A stretch of 51,554 nucleotides of DNA from Octopus bimaculoides (Eukaryota), in the NCBI RefSeq assembly GCF_001194135.2, contig NC_068994.1, positions 23,770,176-23,821,729 of the forward strand. The letters are read 5' to 3'. The notes below the pieces were generated by a model. That model was given only the letters and a program-made list of their open reading frames with translations, searched no databases and was not told where the DNA came from. Of the stretch, positions 11,880 through 23,799 are shown piece after piece (the first letter of the stretch is position 1; every line of letters begins with the position of its first letter). The translations under genes were made by a program, and so were the position numbers.

Positions 11880-12450
11880 CATTATAAACTCCTCTTGCAA
11901 TTTTTTGTTACAATTACGATTAGAGTTTTTATTAGCAAATCTTGCAAATCTCTCTTTGTAAGTGCCAACCCTTATGAAATATTCTTTACGGTCAATTTAA
12001 GTGGCGTTCTGCCTTATTAGCTTGCTATTATTGCAAGATATCAGTTTCTTCTTAGATAAGCTTATTCTATGGTATACTAGCAACTCAACCACATCACCCC
12101 CTATGACTTTTTCAAACCTTACATCATTTGCAAATGTCACAATATCTTTCCAAATTTGATATATTTTCCCACTTTCTACCATTCGAAAGCTTGTGAAGTA
12201 ACAGATACTGTTTATATATATTTTCCAAGCACTATTCAAAGTTGAGGGCTTCACTTCATTTCATTAATTCAGCTACGTTATTCACAACATCTGTTCTTTC
12301 ACAAATCTAACAGTGGGTTTATCTTCCCTATCAATTGTTTTCATGAGTTATTTGAAACTTCTCAGATAATATGCTTCGAAGCGAACTATCACAACTTGAT
12401 CCATTGGCTGGGGAAAAGGAGATGTATTCTTGAAGATGTATTCGGCACAC
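11880..12450 (-). mobile_element. Tigger/pogo transposase C-terminal remnant
   Basis: The minus strand gives QPMDQVVIVRFEAYYLR (12360-12410) and KPSTLNSAWK..IVTFANDVRFEKV..DVVELLVYH..LS, the DDE_1-type C-terminal motifs. Confidence 0.85.
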
Positions 12451-12524
12451 GTTATCAGAAATCACATTTAAGTACACTGGGTGGCTTGGTGCAATCTAAA
12501 ATGGGTAATGCTTTGTTGGAAATA

Positions 12525-12640
12525 CTGATTTCAAATTGGGTGGGGGGATAAGTCGATTACATCGCCCCAGTATTCAACTGGTAATTATTTTATCGACTCC
12601 TAAATGATAAAAAGCAAAGTCGACCTCGGCAGCGCGCCAC
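12525..12640 (-). mobile_element. SINE family 1 fragment
   Basis: AGTCGATTACATCGCCCCAGTATTCAACTGGTAATTATTTTATCGAC...GCAAAGTCGACCTCGG. Confidence 0.75.
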
Positions 12641-12888
12641 CTTCGTTGGAAATACATTGTCTAGCACTGTACCTTTCTACAGCAGAACAAAGATTATTTG
12701 TAAGCCGCCCATGCCCTCTTGTTTAAACGATAAATCAGCTTAAATTTAAACTATTTAACATTTGAAAGCTACTTTTTGAGTGGTACACGAGTAGCGGATT
12801 TAATTTCATATCATCAATGTCAAATAATATCCGAGAGATTTAACTCTTCTCTATTGGCAAGAAATCTTGAAATAAAACTAAGCAATGA

Positions 12889-12950
12889 CATACATGCATA
12901 CATACATACATACATACATACATACATACATACATACATACATACATACA
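12889..12950. repeat. (TACA)n microsatellite
   Basis: Read directly from the sequence. Confidence 0.95.
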
Positions 12951-14732
12951 ACCTAGATACGCTAGGGTATTCAGGAAAAAAATTAATCAGCTATTTCACA
13001 ATTTACACACACAATCTGTAAGTAGAGCCATACAAATATACAAAACTTTTCCCAAGTTTCAAATGTGATTTTGTTTCTCTTATCTACATTCCAGCAATGG
13101 AATTTTGTATTTTTTGTTAGAATCCAGCTCCTTCATTACAGGAACAGTTCAAATGATTAAAAACAGAAGAGAACATACATATATGCTATTTGCGTTTCTG
13201 AATCAGCCGGTATATGTTTATAAAGAACACAATGTAACTTAAAATATATGTATGCATGCATTATGTGTGTGAGTAGAAATGTATGTGTAAATATAAATAT
13301 ATATATCTAAAAGCTGATAGTGTTGACTAGGGTGTGTTTATGTCTCTAATTAGTGGTTTGACAAAATGTATTTATTTGTCAAGGACTTCATCTGAAATTT
13401 AAGTTTAAAGAGAAACATATATGTAAACCTTTCGTAGAACTGTTGCATGAGTTATCCTGTATTTCTCAAAAATCTGACAATCTCTAAGATGTAAACGAAA
13501 TCTGATGCAACAATTCCTGTTACATTAGCAACGTAATAGATTTCGTTTCAATACACAATTTCAGAAGTACAACTTCTAAATTTTGAATCTATAAACTCAT
13601 TTACGAACAGCCTGCGCTTGAAGCACGTGAGACTGAGTGTGAAGCAGCATGAGGTAATAAAAACAATTATGGTGACAATCATAATGATTTTGATTTTAAT
13701 GAAATATATTGTTTTCCGGCAACATAATTTTGATGGAAAAGCTACCAAACAGAAAGTATATAATTCTGTTCTTATCTCCTCTCATCTTTTCTTATTTCCA
13801 GTTATTTCTAGGTTCTATAGAGCGTATTAAGATTGCAAGCCGTTACTCATTCAATCAGCTCTTAAAAAAAACAAACAAACAAACAAAAGAAATGTATGAT
13901 CAAAGACTTTCCAATAGTGATCATCCTGTTTCTGCACAGAGTGTATCCAGAACTGCAATATTAATTATCTCCATCCCTTTTCTCTGTGGAATGTGACATC
14001 AGACTACGAAATATTGGTTGCTAATTTTAATAGGCAGTGTAACCCGAAGAGTTTTTTCTTCGTTATTTAGTTACAATGTAAAGAAGAAACATTTTCTTTA
14101 AACTTTTATTCGAACTGCTTGATATAGTTAAAAATATCTTTGTAAAACATTTCAAAATAAAATCTCTTCAATGAAATTTACAGTTCTTTTTAACATATTT
14201 TGTGAATTCTTATGCGAGTAAAACAATAGAATAATGTTGCTTTTCCTATGTAGTACTTATCTACTGTATCAGTGTATGGAACACCATCCGAATAACGATA
14301 GGAAAGTGAAATCATATTTAAATATTAAAACATTAAAAGCGCTAAAATATGTTCATATACACGCAACTAATCTTACTTTTGAATAAGGAAGACAACTCCA
14401 GACAATGTTTACCAAAATAATTTTAGCAGCAAAAAATTAGTCAGCAATAAATATATTTGAATATATTTGGGATTTTTTGATGGTTAAAAATGCTTTCATT
14501 TACATATCTGTATATTAGACGACACTTTCTGTCATATTTCTTTTCTATAATGGCCGATAGAAAATAGTTAAACGACACCACGATTTGAAGCGAAAGACTG
14601 AAAGCAAGGAGTGACAAATGTGCAATCACTATATCGACTCACAACACTGAACTAAACGTGAATAAATTATCGTTCTGTTCACTGTAACAACTAAAACACT
14701 GTTTCATTTTCGGAATTGCTACTCCTTTTAAG

Positions 14733-14854
14733 AAACCTATGTTTTCAATTACTTTTAAAACTCCTACTGATATACTGGTAAGAAACCTTCTTTCAAAATT
14801 ATTGTGCAAGAGACCGCATATATATTATATTTACAACAGCAACTTATATGTACG

Positions 14855-14911
<57 letters not shown>

Positions 14912-15233
14912 ACACACACACACATATACACGCACACACACATATACATAAAGTAACAATAAAACGTTATTACCCACTTAGGTATGACGTTCATGGAACT
15001 ACCTACTTCAGTTGCGAGGTATGTTAGTGGAATAGGAGAAATTGATCTTCACACTATTAGTCTATTGATTAAATCTGTTTGCCTGCTGCCTGGTCATCAG
15101 TCAACACTTCCTATTCTGTTCCTATACGTTTTCAGATATTTCTACTTTCTGCCTATTATACCAATAAACACCAACTACTACACCAAATAATTCACCACAA
15201 TCCTTGATGTGTGCAATATTTTTTTCCAATAAA
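14733..15233 (+). other. Candidate small spliced exon chain (14733-14777, 14982-15018, 15136 to polyA signal at 15228)
   Basis: Donors TG|GTAAGA and AG|GTATGT, pyrimidine-rich acceptors, a joined reading frame open to TGA at 15205-15207, then AATAAA at 15228. No recognisable homology. Confidence 0.25.
14858..14948. repeat. (CA)n microsatellite
   Basis: Read directly from the sequence. Confidence 0.95.
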
Positions 15234-16644
15234 CCTTTAAATTTGAAAACAGCTATATATGCAATATGTGAAACAATAGAATTAAAGATATTGTGACAAA
15301 AGCTTTTCTATATTGTAGACATGATGTACTTGTTTGAAAGGAATTAATCATATAGTCGGTAGAACATAATAAAAGTGAACGTAGCCTTAACTGATCTAGT
15401 TTCAAAATTTTTTTATCTTTTATTTCGTACTTTATTCTTTTACCTTTTAAAACAAGAATTGCGATTCACTCTAATAATATTTATGTTCATTACGAATCTG
15501 AGTTTTTATTGATTAAAGATTCTTTTTAACTCATGCATTACATACGATAGCCAGCGTTTAACTATATGTTAGCCACGATAATAATTCTTACCCATATAGC
15601 TTAAGAGTAGATATTAGTTAGACAAAAAAACTCCTAAAACACTACATCTGTAACCAGAAATCCATCATTTTACGTAGAAAGAGAAAAAACTTATAGGTGC
15701 AAACTTATGAGCGAATTTTTTCTCCTGTTTATGAATGCTAAAAATTTATTTCCCCCTTTTTGTTCATAGCATAGTTATATCATATTTGCAAACATTAATT
15801 TCAAAGCTTATTTATTGTTATTCTTTGCAAAATCGAAATCATATGATTAAGACTATATTTGAGTTAATGACTATTTATAATGTTTATATACTGTAGTTGC
15901 TACTTCTTGTCATTGCATTCTTGGTTCTAATACGATTTAAACTATTGATTTAGATTTTCCAGCAACAGCTACAATAACGATGGTTTTGTCAATAGATCAA
16001 TAATTCTCTCTGAATATGTCTTCTCAATCACTCTTTGGCTTAAAATCTTTCTTATCACAAATATATGATTTAGAGGAGTTTTAATGGAACGGATTTAGAA
16101 AATTACGTAATAAAGACACTCGTTGAAATTACAATAAGCAGAAGAAAAGAGAAAGAATAAAGGTGAGCAAAATGAAATTTAAATTCAAAATTATTTCAAA
16201 TAGATATGTAGAAATAGGAAAATAAACTAGGATAAGAAAATTAAAATGATTTTTGAACGGTTTTAAAAGTTTCATTAAAACTAATTAAGCCACTTTGTTT
16301 CTGAAGATATAGTCTTTTATGATTCTATCCAAAGTGACAGGAATGATGAAATTGCTTAATGATTCATTACTACAGTGACTGTTCACTGCTGAGAAAACCA
16401 TGATAGTTGTCTTTGATGGAATTGTTAGTATTTTCTCAACCAATTAAGTAATTGGTTGAGTTCAAGTGAATGAAATGTGCATAAAACCATGAATACTTCT
16501 GGACATCAAGACTCAAATACGACTTGTGACAATATATTTCGACGTTTTCGAATCTAAACGCGTGTTTACACGTAGTGTTTAAGAATTAAAATTCACAACA
16601 CAGTTTTTGTAATAACTGAAGTACATATTCACCCCCACCACATT

Positions 16645-16866
16645 TATGTATGTGTGTTTGTGTCATTATTTACCCCCACCACTGCTTCACAACTGGTATT
16701 CGTGTCTTTACATCCCTGTAACTTAACGGCAGATGAGGGTGATAGAATAAGTACCAAGCTTTACAAAAAATAATAAGCACTGGGGTTGATTCGTTCGATT
16801 AAAATTCTTCTAGACGGTGCTCAAGCATAGCCGCAGTCTCATGACTGAAACAAGTAAAGAATAAGA
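16645..16866 (+). mobile_element. 3' part of a SINE-like interspersed repeat
   Basis: CCCCCACCACTGCTTCACAACTGG...GATAGAATAAGTACC...CTGGGGTTGAT...GCCGCAGTC..TGACTGAAACAAGTAAAGAATAAGAGA. Shares the AATAAGTACC/CTGGGGTCGAT block with SINE family 1 and has a short tandem tail. Confidence 0.6.
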
Positions 16867-16959
16867 GATAGATTAACATCAGAATAGTTTAGTATCCAGT
16901 GATTACAGAAATCTCATTTAGGTGATGGTAGTTCAGACCTAAGATTATAATACTGAGTA

Positions 16960-17140
16960 AAGGCGGAGAGCAGACAATATGATTAGTGACAGTTCATCCG
17001 TTTCTACACTGGGGTCGACTCTGCCTGTTATCCCTTCGGGGTCGAAGAAATAAGTATTAGTCGATCACTCGGGTTGATGTAAACGACAAGCCTCCTCCCC
17101 CAAACTTTAAGACCTTATGCCTATAAAAGAAAGGATTATA
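16960..17140 (+). mobile_element. SINE family 1, internally deleted
   Basis: GGCGGAGAG...GGGGTCGACTCTGCCTGTTATCCCTTCGGGGTCGAAGAAATAAGTA...CCTTATGCCTATAAAAGAAAGGATTAT. Confidence 0.8.
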
Positions 17141-17529
17141 AGTTCTGAGTGACGTCATTTTATTTTCAAATTGCATTGGCGTTGTACTAATTATTTAATT
17201 TACAAACAATTCTACTATCACAGACTAAAGGTATAAAATAAATTCTCTGGCACATTTACATTTCCATTACTTAGCAGTTGGGAAAAAAGGACGCCTAGTA
17301 TAAATACTAGACTTAAAATAAATACTGGAATCAGTCTGAACAACAAAAAATTGAAGAACACGGTGCCCCGACATTCCACTGACTGAAGCAAGTAAATGAA
17401 TAAAATAAGGAATTTAGTTAGCTTTTCATTCATCATTACATCAGCGAATATGATAATGCCTATGATTCGCTGACGACTCACAATAATCAACTATACTATC
17501 AACTATACCAGTAAGAAAAGACACCTACA

Positions 17530-19804
17530 ACCGATAGAGAGAAAGAACAAACAAAAACTAAAATCGATAACCCGTCAGAAGTACAGAACTAGACAGGAAG
17601 AGTCCGAGAAGAGGGTAAAAGATAAGAAAAAAAACCAATAGACGTGGCAGCAAACATCCAGCAGGAATAAAAAAATTCCGAAGGAAATATCTATGAAACA
17701 GCAACTAGTAATCGTTAATAACAAAGAAGGCCACCCCGTCCAAATGTTATTGGATTAGCTAAGGAAGCCACTCGAAGGTTAAAAGACCGATGGACTTAAT
17801 AAAAATGAACCAGTTCATACATGTAGCCTCTTTCAGCCGTCACAGTTACAGTAGTAGAAGGCACCAGTAGGAACAATCAGCTTAAAAGGAGAAAATCAAG
17901 AATGAGATCAGTAAGCTGGAGCTCAGTTATTATGCCTCAGTAAAATAGAAAAGGACTCCAACATAAAAGAGGGAGCAACTAGAAAGTAGGATAAATCAAT
18001 AGCTAAAGAGACACTGAAGCAACAGAATAAGGAAATTTGACAAAAGGCGTTAGTTCTTTCGGCAAAACAAGATCGTACAGAAAGCGCCAAAAAGTTCAAC
18101 CGTGAGCTGGGCAAGAAAAAGATTAATGAGCCACCTACAATCAAAGAAGTTGAAGAGATCTGAAGTAAGACCTATGAGATGGCAGACATCTACCCACCGC
18201 ACGCGCACACACAATAATCAACAAGACCAATATTTCATAGGGTCAAAATTGGTCAGGCAGCAATATCACCGTTGGCGACCACTGCAATAAACATGACTAA
18301 CAAATGGAAGGCAGTGGGGATAAATGGAATTGTTAATTTCTAGTTCAAGAAGTTGCCCAGCTACCACAAAAACTTCACAAGGGTCTACACGCGAGATCTT
18401 TGTCATGAAGAATACAGAGTTCCAAGTGGCTCGTATGAGAAACCATGTCCTTTCTACCTAATACAGAAGAAACACAGAATCGAAGAATTGCAAGCCAACC
18501 ATTGCCTACCGACAATGTATCACTTCCTCTGTTTCTTATCGAATTTACTAACAGACCTTTTTCAGACCCACCACCACCACCATAAAAAAAACAGAGTCAT
18601 GTGATGCAGAAAAAATGACTACCTACTGAACAGAAAATGTACAGCAAACACAAAAACATCTAAGACCATCTTGTCACTGAGAAAATTGCAAATATAATAA
18701 CTAAAAGCGGTATTAATGACGTACTAACTGCAAGCGACAACAGACTAACCTGTGTATGGCGTGGATTGATCTAAAAAGACGACATGATGCCTTTTGGATT
18801 GTTCAGTCACTTAGAATGTTTGGCATAACTGAAAACGTCGTCACTATCCTCCCTACTAGCATGTTATACGAGAAAAGGAACTTGAGGGTGACCATGTAAT
18901 CACAGAAAAGCAAAACCCTTAAAAGTGCTGTTTCACGACGACTCTTTCATTCCTTTGTCATTTGCTATCTCGCTAATACCGATCTCAATGACATAAAAAA
19001 AATGTCAACATGATTAAAAACTGGGGGAAAATGTACTTTCTCTATGGATGACTTAAAGATATTTGTGAAGTTTGAAAAAGAGACTAATTCATTTGCTAAT
19101 ACAGTACAGGCATATTACAGTGATATGGGAATGGAGTTTGGTATGTAAAATTGTGAAAATGTAGTTCATAAAAAAGAGCCCATTTTAATGGTGTAAACTT
19201 ACTGGGAGAAGGGATTTTAGAACCTTAGATAATGGATACAATTATGTAGGTATATTGAAACTTATTGATATTTTGAATGTAACGAAAAAAAAGATGAGAA
19301 TTATATATTTGAAACTTAGTTCAAAGAATTTGATAAGTGTGCTCAAAATATGAACGGTTGCCGTCGTGTATTAGTGTCGGAAGAGTGAATAGGTCGCATC
19401 AGATAGAAAAACAGAATAAACTTTAACTAAGCGTTTCATCCAAAGGCAAATGTCTGTCGTTTATAAATAAAACGGATGAATGGAGGAGAGGTCTTATTAA
19501 CTTTTCTGTTTACCTGAATAGAGAACAAACGTCAATAAATCGCTTGCAATGGTTGAAGAACTATTTAAACATGCTACAATAGAACTGGGACTTACTTATA
19601 CTGAACTTTTCAGGGAAGCGATTCAGGAATAGAGATTTCAAGAGAGAAATCGAATGTTTGTTGGTGATTGCTCAGAATCAAGGTCTAAACACTTGTTCAA
19701 TAAGTAAGGAAATGTATTCCATTGCCTACGTAATTAGCGTGCGGAAACATATTGAGAGTAATTTAGCAAATTGCAAAATGTTAGCTCAGAAAGAATACAA
19801 GAGG
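17530..19804 (+). mobile_element. Old, heavily decayed R4/Dong-clade element (family D)
   Basis: KKFNRELGK (about 18090), NKWKAVG (18298), CLPTMY (18500), CMAWID (18752), SMDDLKIF (19041), ECLLVIAQNQGL (19652), LAQKEYKR (19781-19804). Confidence 0.82.
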
Positions 19805-19882
<78 letters not shown>

Positions 19883-19906
19883 GATGATGATGATCATCAT
19901 CATCAT
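19805..19906. repeat. (ATT)n followed by (GAT)4(CAT)4
   Basis: Read directly from the sequence. Confidence 0.95.
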
Positions 19907-19994
19907 AGTCACTCACATCGAATTTGGCGTGTGAGTGTTTGAAAGAAAGAATTGAGAAAACAAGGTGCAATTTGCGATGGATGCATGAATGCAA

Positions 19995-20437
19995 TTTGAG
20001 TCCATATGGATTTTACTATGAAGTCACAATGGTTTTGATTTTTCCTGGGATTGGAAAATGTCTCTGTTGATTACTGGATAAAGTTCTTTTATTCTTCTGT
20101 TTCTTCGACTCAAATTGTTTAGATGCGTCGTGACACATTTTACGCCACTCGGTTCGATCTAGGCAATTAACTTTCTGAAGATGTTAAATTAAGCTGTAAC
20201 GATTTTAGCGATTGTTTCAACTTATCCTTATACTTCACCAGGGGTCTTTCTTTACTACGGAATCCTCCTTTTTGTTGGCCATAGAAAAGAATTTTCGAAA
20301 TGCGATCATCTTGCATTCGAACATGTCTTCTCTATCTGCACTGAATACTCAAAAGCATTCTTTCGATACTGGAGATGCGACATTCCTCTAAACCTTTAAC
20401 AATTGATATCTTCGCCTGCCATTTTATGTTGTAGATA
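19995..20437 (-). mobile_element. RTE (BovB-like) LINE C-terminal remnant
   Basis: The minus strand gives NIKWQAKI and RHVRMQDDRISKILFYGQQKGGFRSKERPLVKYKDKLKQSLK, the typical RTE post-RT motif. Confidence 0.8.
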
Positions 20438-20441
20438 TAAC

Positions 20442-20471
<30 letters not shown>

Positions 20472-20472
<1 letters not shown>

Positions 20473-21062
20473 TTACAATCTGAAAATTTCAGACAAATAT
20501 CACACTTCATCATCGATATGACTGTTCCAATCTACATAAATGTGTCTGTGAAGACCTACCAAAAACTGAGCAAATATAAAGATCTCGAAACAGAAATTGG
20601 CAAAATGTGGAAACTACAGACTGAAATAATACCTGTTACCATAAGTGCCCCAGAAATGACAGCATTAGGAACTGATTATTACCTGTCTCAGATACCAGGA
20701 AATCCCAAAATGGAAGAAATTAAAAAAATAGTACTCAGTGGAACTGCTTATATCCAACGAAAACTATTGTTTATGTAAATCCCAAAATATTTTAATCTGT
20801 AAACATTATCAAAAGTACTTTTAAATGTACATAATAGCAAATACCTCTTACTGTCATCTTAAGATCACACCGTCATCGTATCATAAAACTATTTCTTAAA
20901 ACAAACTTCTAATTTTCTTATGCTTGACAGACATTCTCTTGAACAATACTCAGTGCAAAGCCAAAAATATGGCATCCTAGTCATAATGCTAACTTTGAAC
21001 TTTTAACATGTTGTCTCCTGAGGCCTCTGAGTGAGACTTGGAGATATATTGTACAAATACAA
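20472..21062 (+). mobile_element. R4/Dong-clade 3' fragment (RLE C-terminus and 3' UTR), preceded by (AAT)n 20441-20471
   Basis: ORF 20518-20778 reads IDMTVP..KLSKYKDLETEIGKMWKL..IIPV..SQIPGNP..IKKIVLSGTAYI. Its 3' UTR matches 41-180. Confidence 0.9.
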
Positions 21063-21064
21063 AG

Positions 21065-21150
21065 AATTTGAACTTAGAACGTAGCGACTGGCGAAATACC
21101 GCTAAGCATTTCGTCTAGCGTGCTAACAATTCTGCCAAGTCACTGCCTTA
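21065..21150 (-). mobile_element. SINE family 1 tRNA-like head
   Basis: Reverse complement is GGCAGTGACTTGGCAGAATTGTTAGCACGC...GTTCTAAGTTCAAATTC. Followed on + by (AAT)n 21151-21202. Confidence 0.8.
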
Positions 21151-21162
21151 TTATAAATAATG

Positions 21163-21202
<40 letters not shown>

Positions 21203-21203
<1 letters not shown>

Positions 21204-21600
21204 TGTTTCTTCTGCTGCTGTTTTCCAATACCCGTCTTTTGATAGCTTCGAGCTCTACATCTGTAAACCAACAATTTTTTCTTATTGCTCTAGCTTGATC
21301 ACATAATTTCTGTTGTGTGAGTTGAAACAATCCTCTTTCTCTCTATTGATAAATCATACGTTATCGGTATCCCCTAATATGAGCACCATTTTCATCTACA
21401 GGCTTGCTCGGATAGTAACACTCCATCACCACAGCATTGACTTGTTTCTTCCATGTACGCCGTGAATGCCTGTCCATTGCAGCAATAACGACAGACTGGA
21501 GTCGGACCAGTATCTCTGAGCCTGTCGGGTGCGACACTATCACCATCAAGGGCTTCAGTTTTATTACCACTGTTATTCACAATATTTTGTTTTTTCATTG
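21203..21600 (-). mobile_element. R4/Dong-clade 5'/N-terminal fragment in reverse orientation
   Basis: The minus strand gives DRHSRRTWKKQVNAVVMECYY..PVDENG..IRGYR, then RERGLFQLTQQKLCDQARAIRKNCWFTDVELE, the R4-type N-terminal domain. Confidence 0.85.
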
Positions 21601-21970
21601 TTACTCATATGAGGTAGCGATTATCAGGTTGCACAATTAGCAGTGTTTTTTTTTTTTTTGTCACAATAAAAACATTGATGTATCATCGATCAGGACATGG
21701 GGAGATTCCAACCGCTTTCTTTCATTATCATTATTATCATCACTGATATTATTATTTTCATTTTTTTACTATTTGTCATTGTTAATATTTCCTCTGATCT
21801 GACATGAGTTTCATGTTAGTACTAGGCTCTGGTTCTTATCTATAAGGCAGAAAATTTGATAGAGCACCGCTTTTATAATTATAAACAAATAAATGTAGAC
21901 AAAGCAACAAACTAAAAACTAATATCCACCCCTATTTTTCCGTGGAGGGTATATATTTGTTTAATGTCGT

Positions 21971-22083
<113 letters not shown>

Positions 22084-22085
22084 AA

Positions 22086-22802
22086 GTGTATTATGAGCAT
22101 TTATAGAACACAGTCCTATATAAACTCAACAAAACAATTAAAGATGGAGAAGACATGTTAAAAATTTGTTAACATTTTAATCCATGCATACGATCGTTTC
22201 AAATGGTAATACCAACATGTAAGAAACATGGAAAAGATTAAATTAATTATAATTAATTTAATTATATATTACCATTCTCGTCAGTGCAAAAACTGAAGGA
22301 AACAGAAGAAGAAATATGTTGTTACAGGATCCTGCATTGAGTCCGTGTCGGATAACTCATTCGGATATTAATAAAAAGGAATGTGAAAGATGAAATATAG
22401 AATATAAAAACATAGTTATGTAGTGGTGAGTCTAGTTGAGTCTGGTTTAGTTCTTACTCAACTAGACTCAACACTACATAACTATGTTTTTATATTTCAC
22501 ATACTTTTTTATTAATATCCGAATGAGTTATCTGATACGGACTCAATGCAGGATCCTGTAACAACATATTTCTTCTTCTGTTACGATTTTTCTGATGTTT
22601 CTTTCATTTTTTGCACTGACAAGAATGGTAATATATAATAAAATTAATTATAATTAATTTAATCTCTTCCATGTTTCTTACATTTTGAAACAATCGTACG
22701 CATGGATTAGAATGTTAACACTTTTAACAACTTCTCTTCTCCATCTTTAATTGCTTTGCTGACTTTATATAGGACTGTGTTCTATAAATACTAATAATAC
22801 AC
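22086..22802. repeat. Long inverted repeat (fold-back): arms 22086-22441 and 22456-22802, 14-nt loop
   Basis: The arms align end to end as reverse complements, with about 20 substitutions and 3-4 indels by eye. Confidence 0.97.
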
Positions 22803-22966
22803 AGCCAGGAGTGGCTGTGTGGTAAGTAGCTTGCTTACCAACCACATGGTTCCGGGTTCAGTCCCACTGCGTGGCAACTTGGGCAAGTGTCTTCAACTAT
22901 AGCCTCGGGCCGACCAAACCTTTGTGAGTGGATTTGGTAGACGGAAACTGAAAGAAGCCCGTCGTA
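22803..22966 (+). mobile_element. tRNA-derived SINE (family 2) ending in (TA)n
   Basis: A-box TGGCTGTGTGG, B-box GGTTCAGTCCC, TTGGGCAAGTGTCTT, tail GGTAGACGGAAACTGAAAGAAGCCCGTCG(TA)n. A second copy lies at 38298-38460 on the minus strand. Confidence 0.88.
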
Positions 22967-23799
22967 TATATGTATATATATATNNNNNNNNNNNNNNNNN
23001 NNNNNNNNNNNNNNNNNNNNNNNNNNNNNNNNNNNNNNNNNNNNNNNNNNNNNNNNNNNNNNNNNNNNNNNNNNNNNNNNNNNNNNNNNNNNNNNNNNNN
23101 NNNNNNNNNNNNNNNNNNNNNNNNNNNNNNNNNNNNNNNNNNNNNNNNNNNNNNNNNNNNNNNNNNNNNNNNNNNNNNNNNNNNNNNNNNNNNNNNNNNN
23201 NNNNNNNNNNNNNNNNNNNNNNNNNNNNNNNNNNNNNNNNNNNNNNNNNNNNNNNNNNNNNNNNNNNNNNNNNNNNNNNNNNNNNNNNNNNNNNNNNNNN
23301 NNNNNNNNNNNNNNNNNNNNTATATATATATATATATATATATATCTGTTTAATGCTTTTGTGGTCAATAATGACTAGTCTTTGTCGTTTGTTTTAATTC
23401 GATTCGTTTATGTTTGTGTGTGCGTTTGTTTATACATTACTTAATATCATTTTGAAATTAGTAAAATGTGTTCATGAAAAGCTGAGGTGTACACCTAATT
23501 AATTAGTTTACGCACTTACGTAATAGTGATGTGTACTTAATGAGTATTACTTACTCGAATGTACTCCAGCACTCTTTGAGTGTGGCGAGCACGTTTACAA
23601 GTGATTGTGCGAGTGACGGAGGTGACACAGTTCAAATACATCGTTTCATTCGGAAAATAAAAATAAATTTTATTGAGTATTATTCGGATATAGTCCAACA
23701 CTTTGTCAGTTATTTTAGGTTCCATTTGTTGTCTTTATGACCGATATTTTTGGATAGATTTCAGAGCAGTGTTTTATCGCTCTCACATGTTAAACGCCC

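Noticed and set aside
17530-21062. Idea that R4 family D (17530-19804) and the RLE fragment at 20472-21062 are one element split by an RTE
   Set aside because: The 3' fragment keeps an intact 86-codon frame while D is heavily decayed, so they are of different ages.
22803-22875. tRNA-like sequences with A and B boxes (also 10821 and 31373)
   Set aside because: They continue into SINE bodies and tails and lack a complete cloverleaf, so they are SINE heads rather than tRNA genes.
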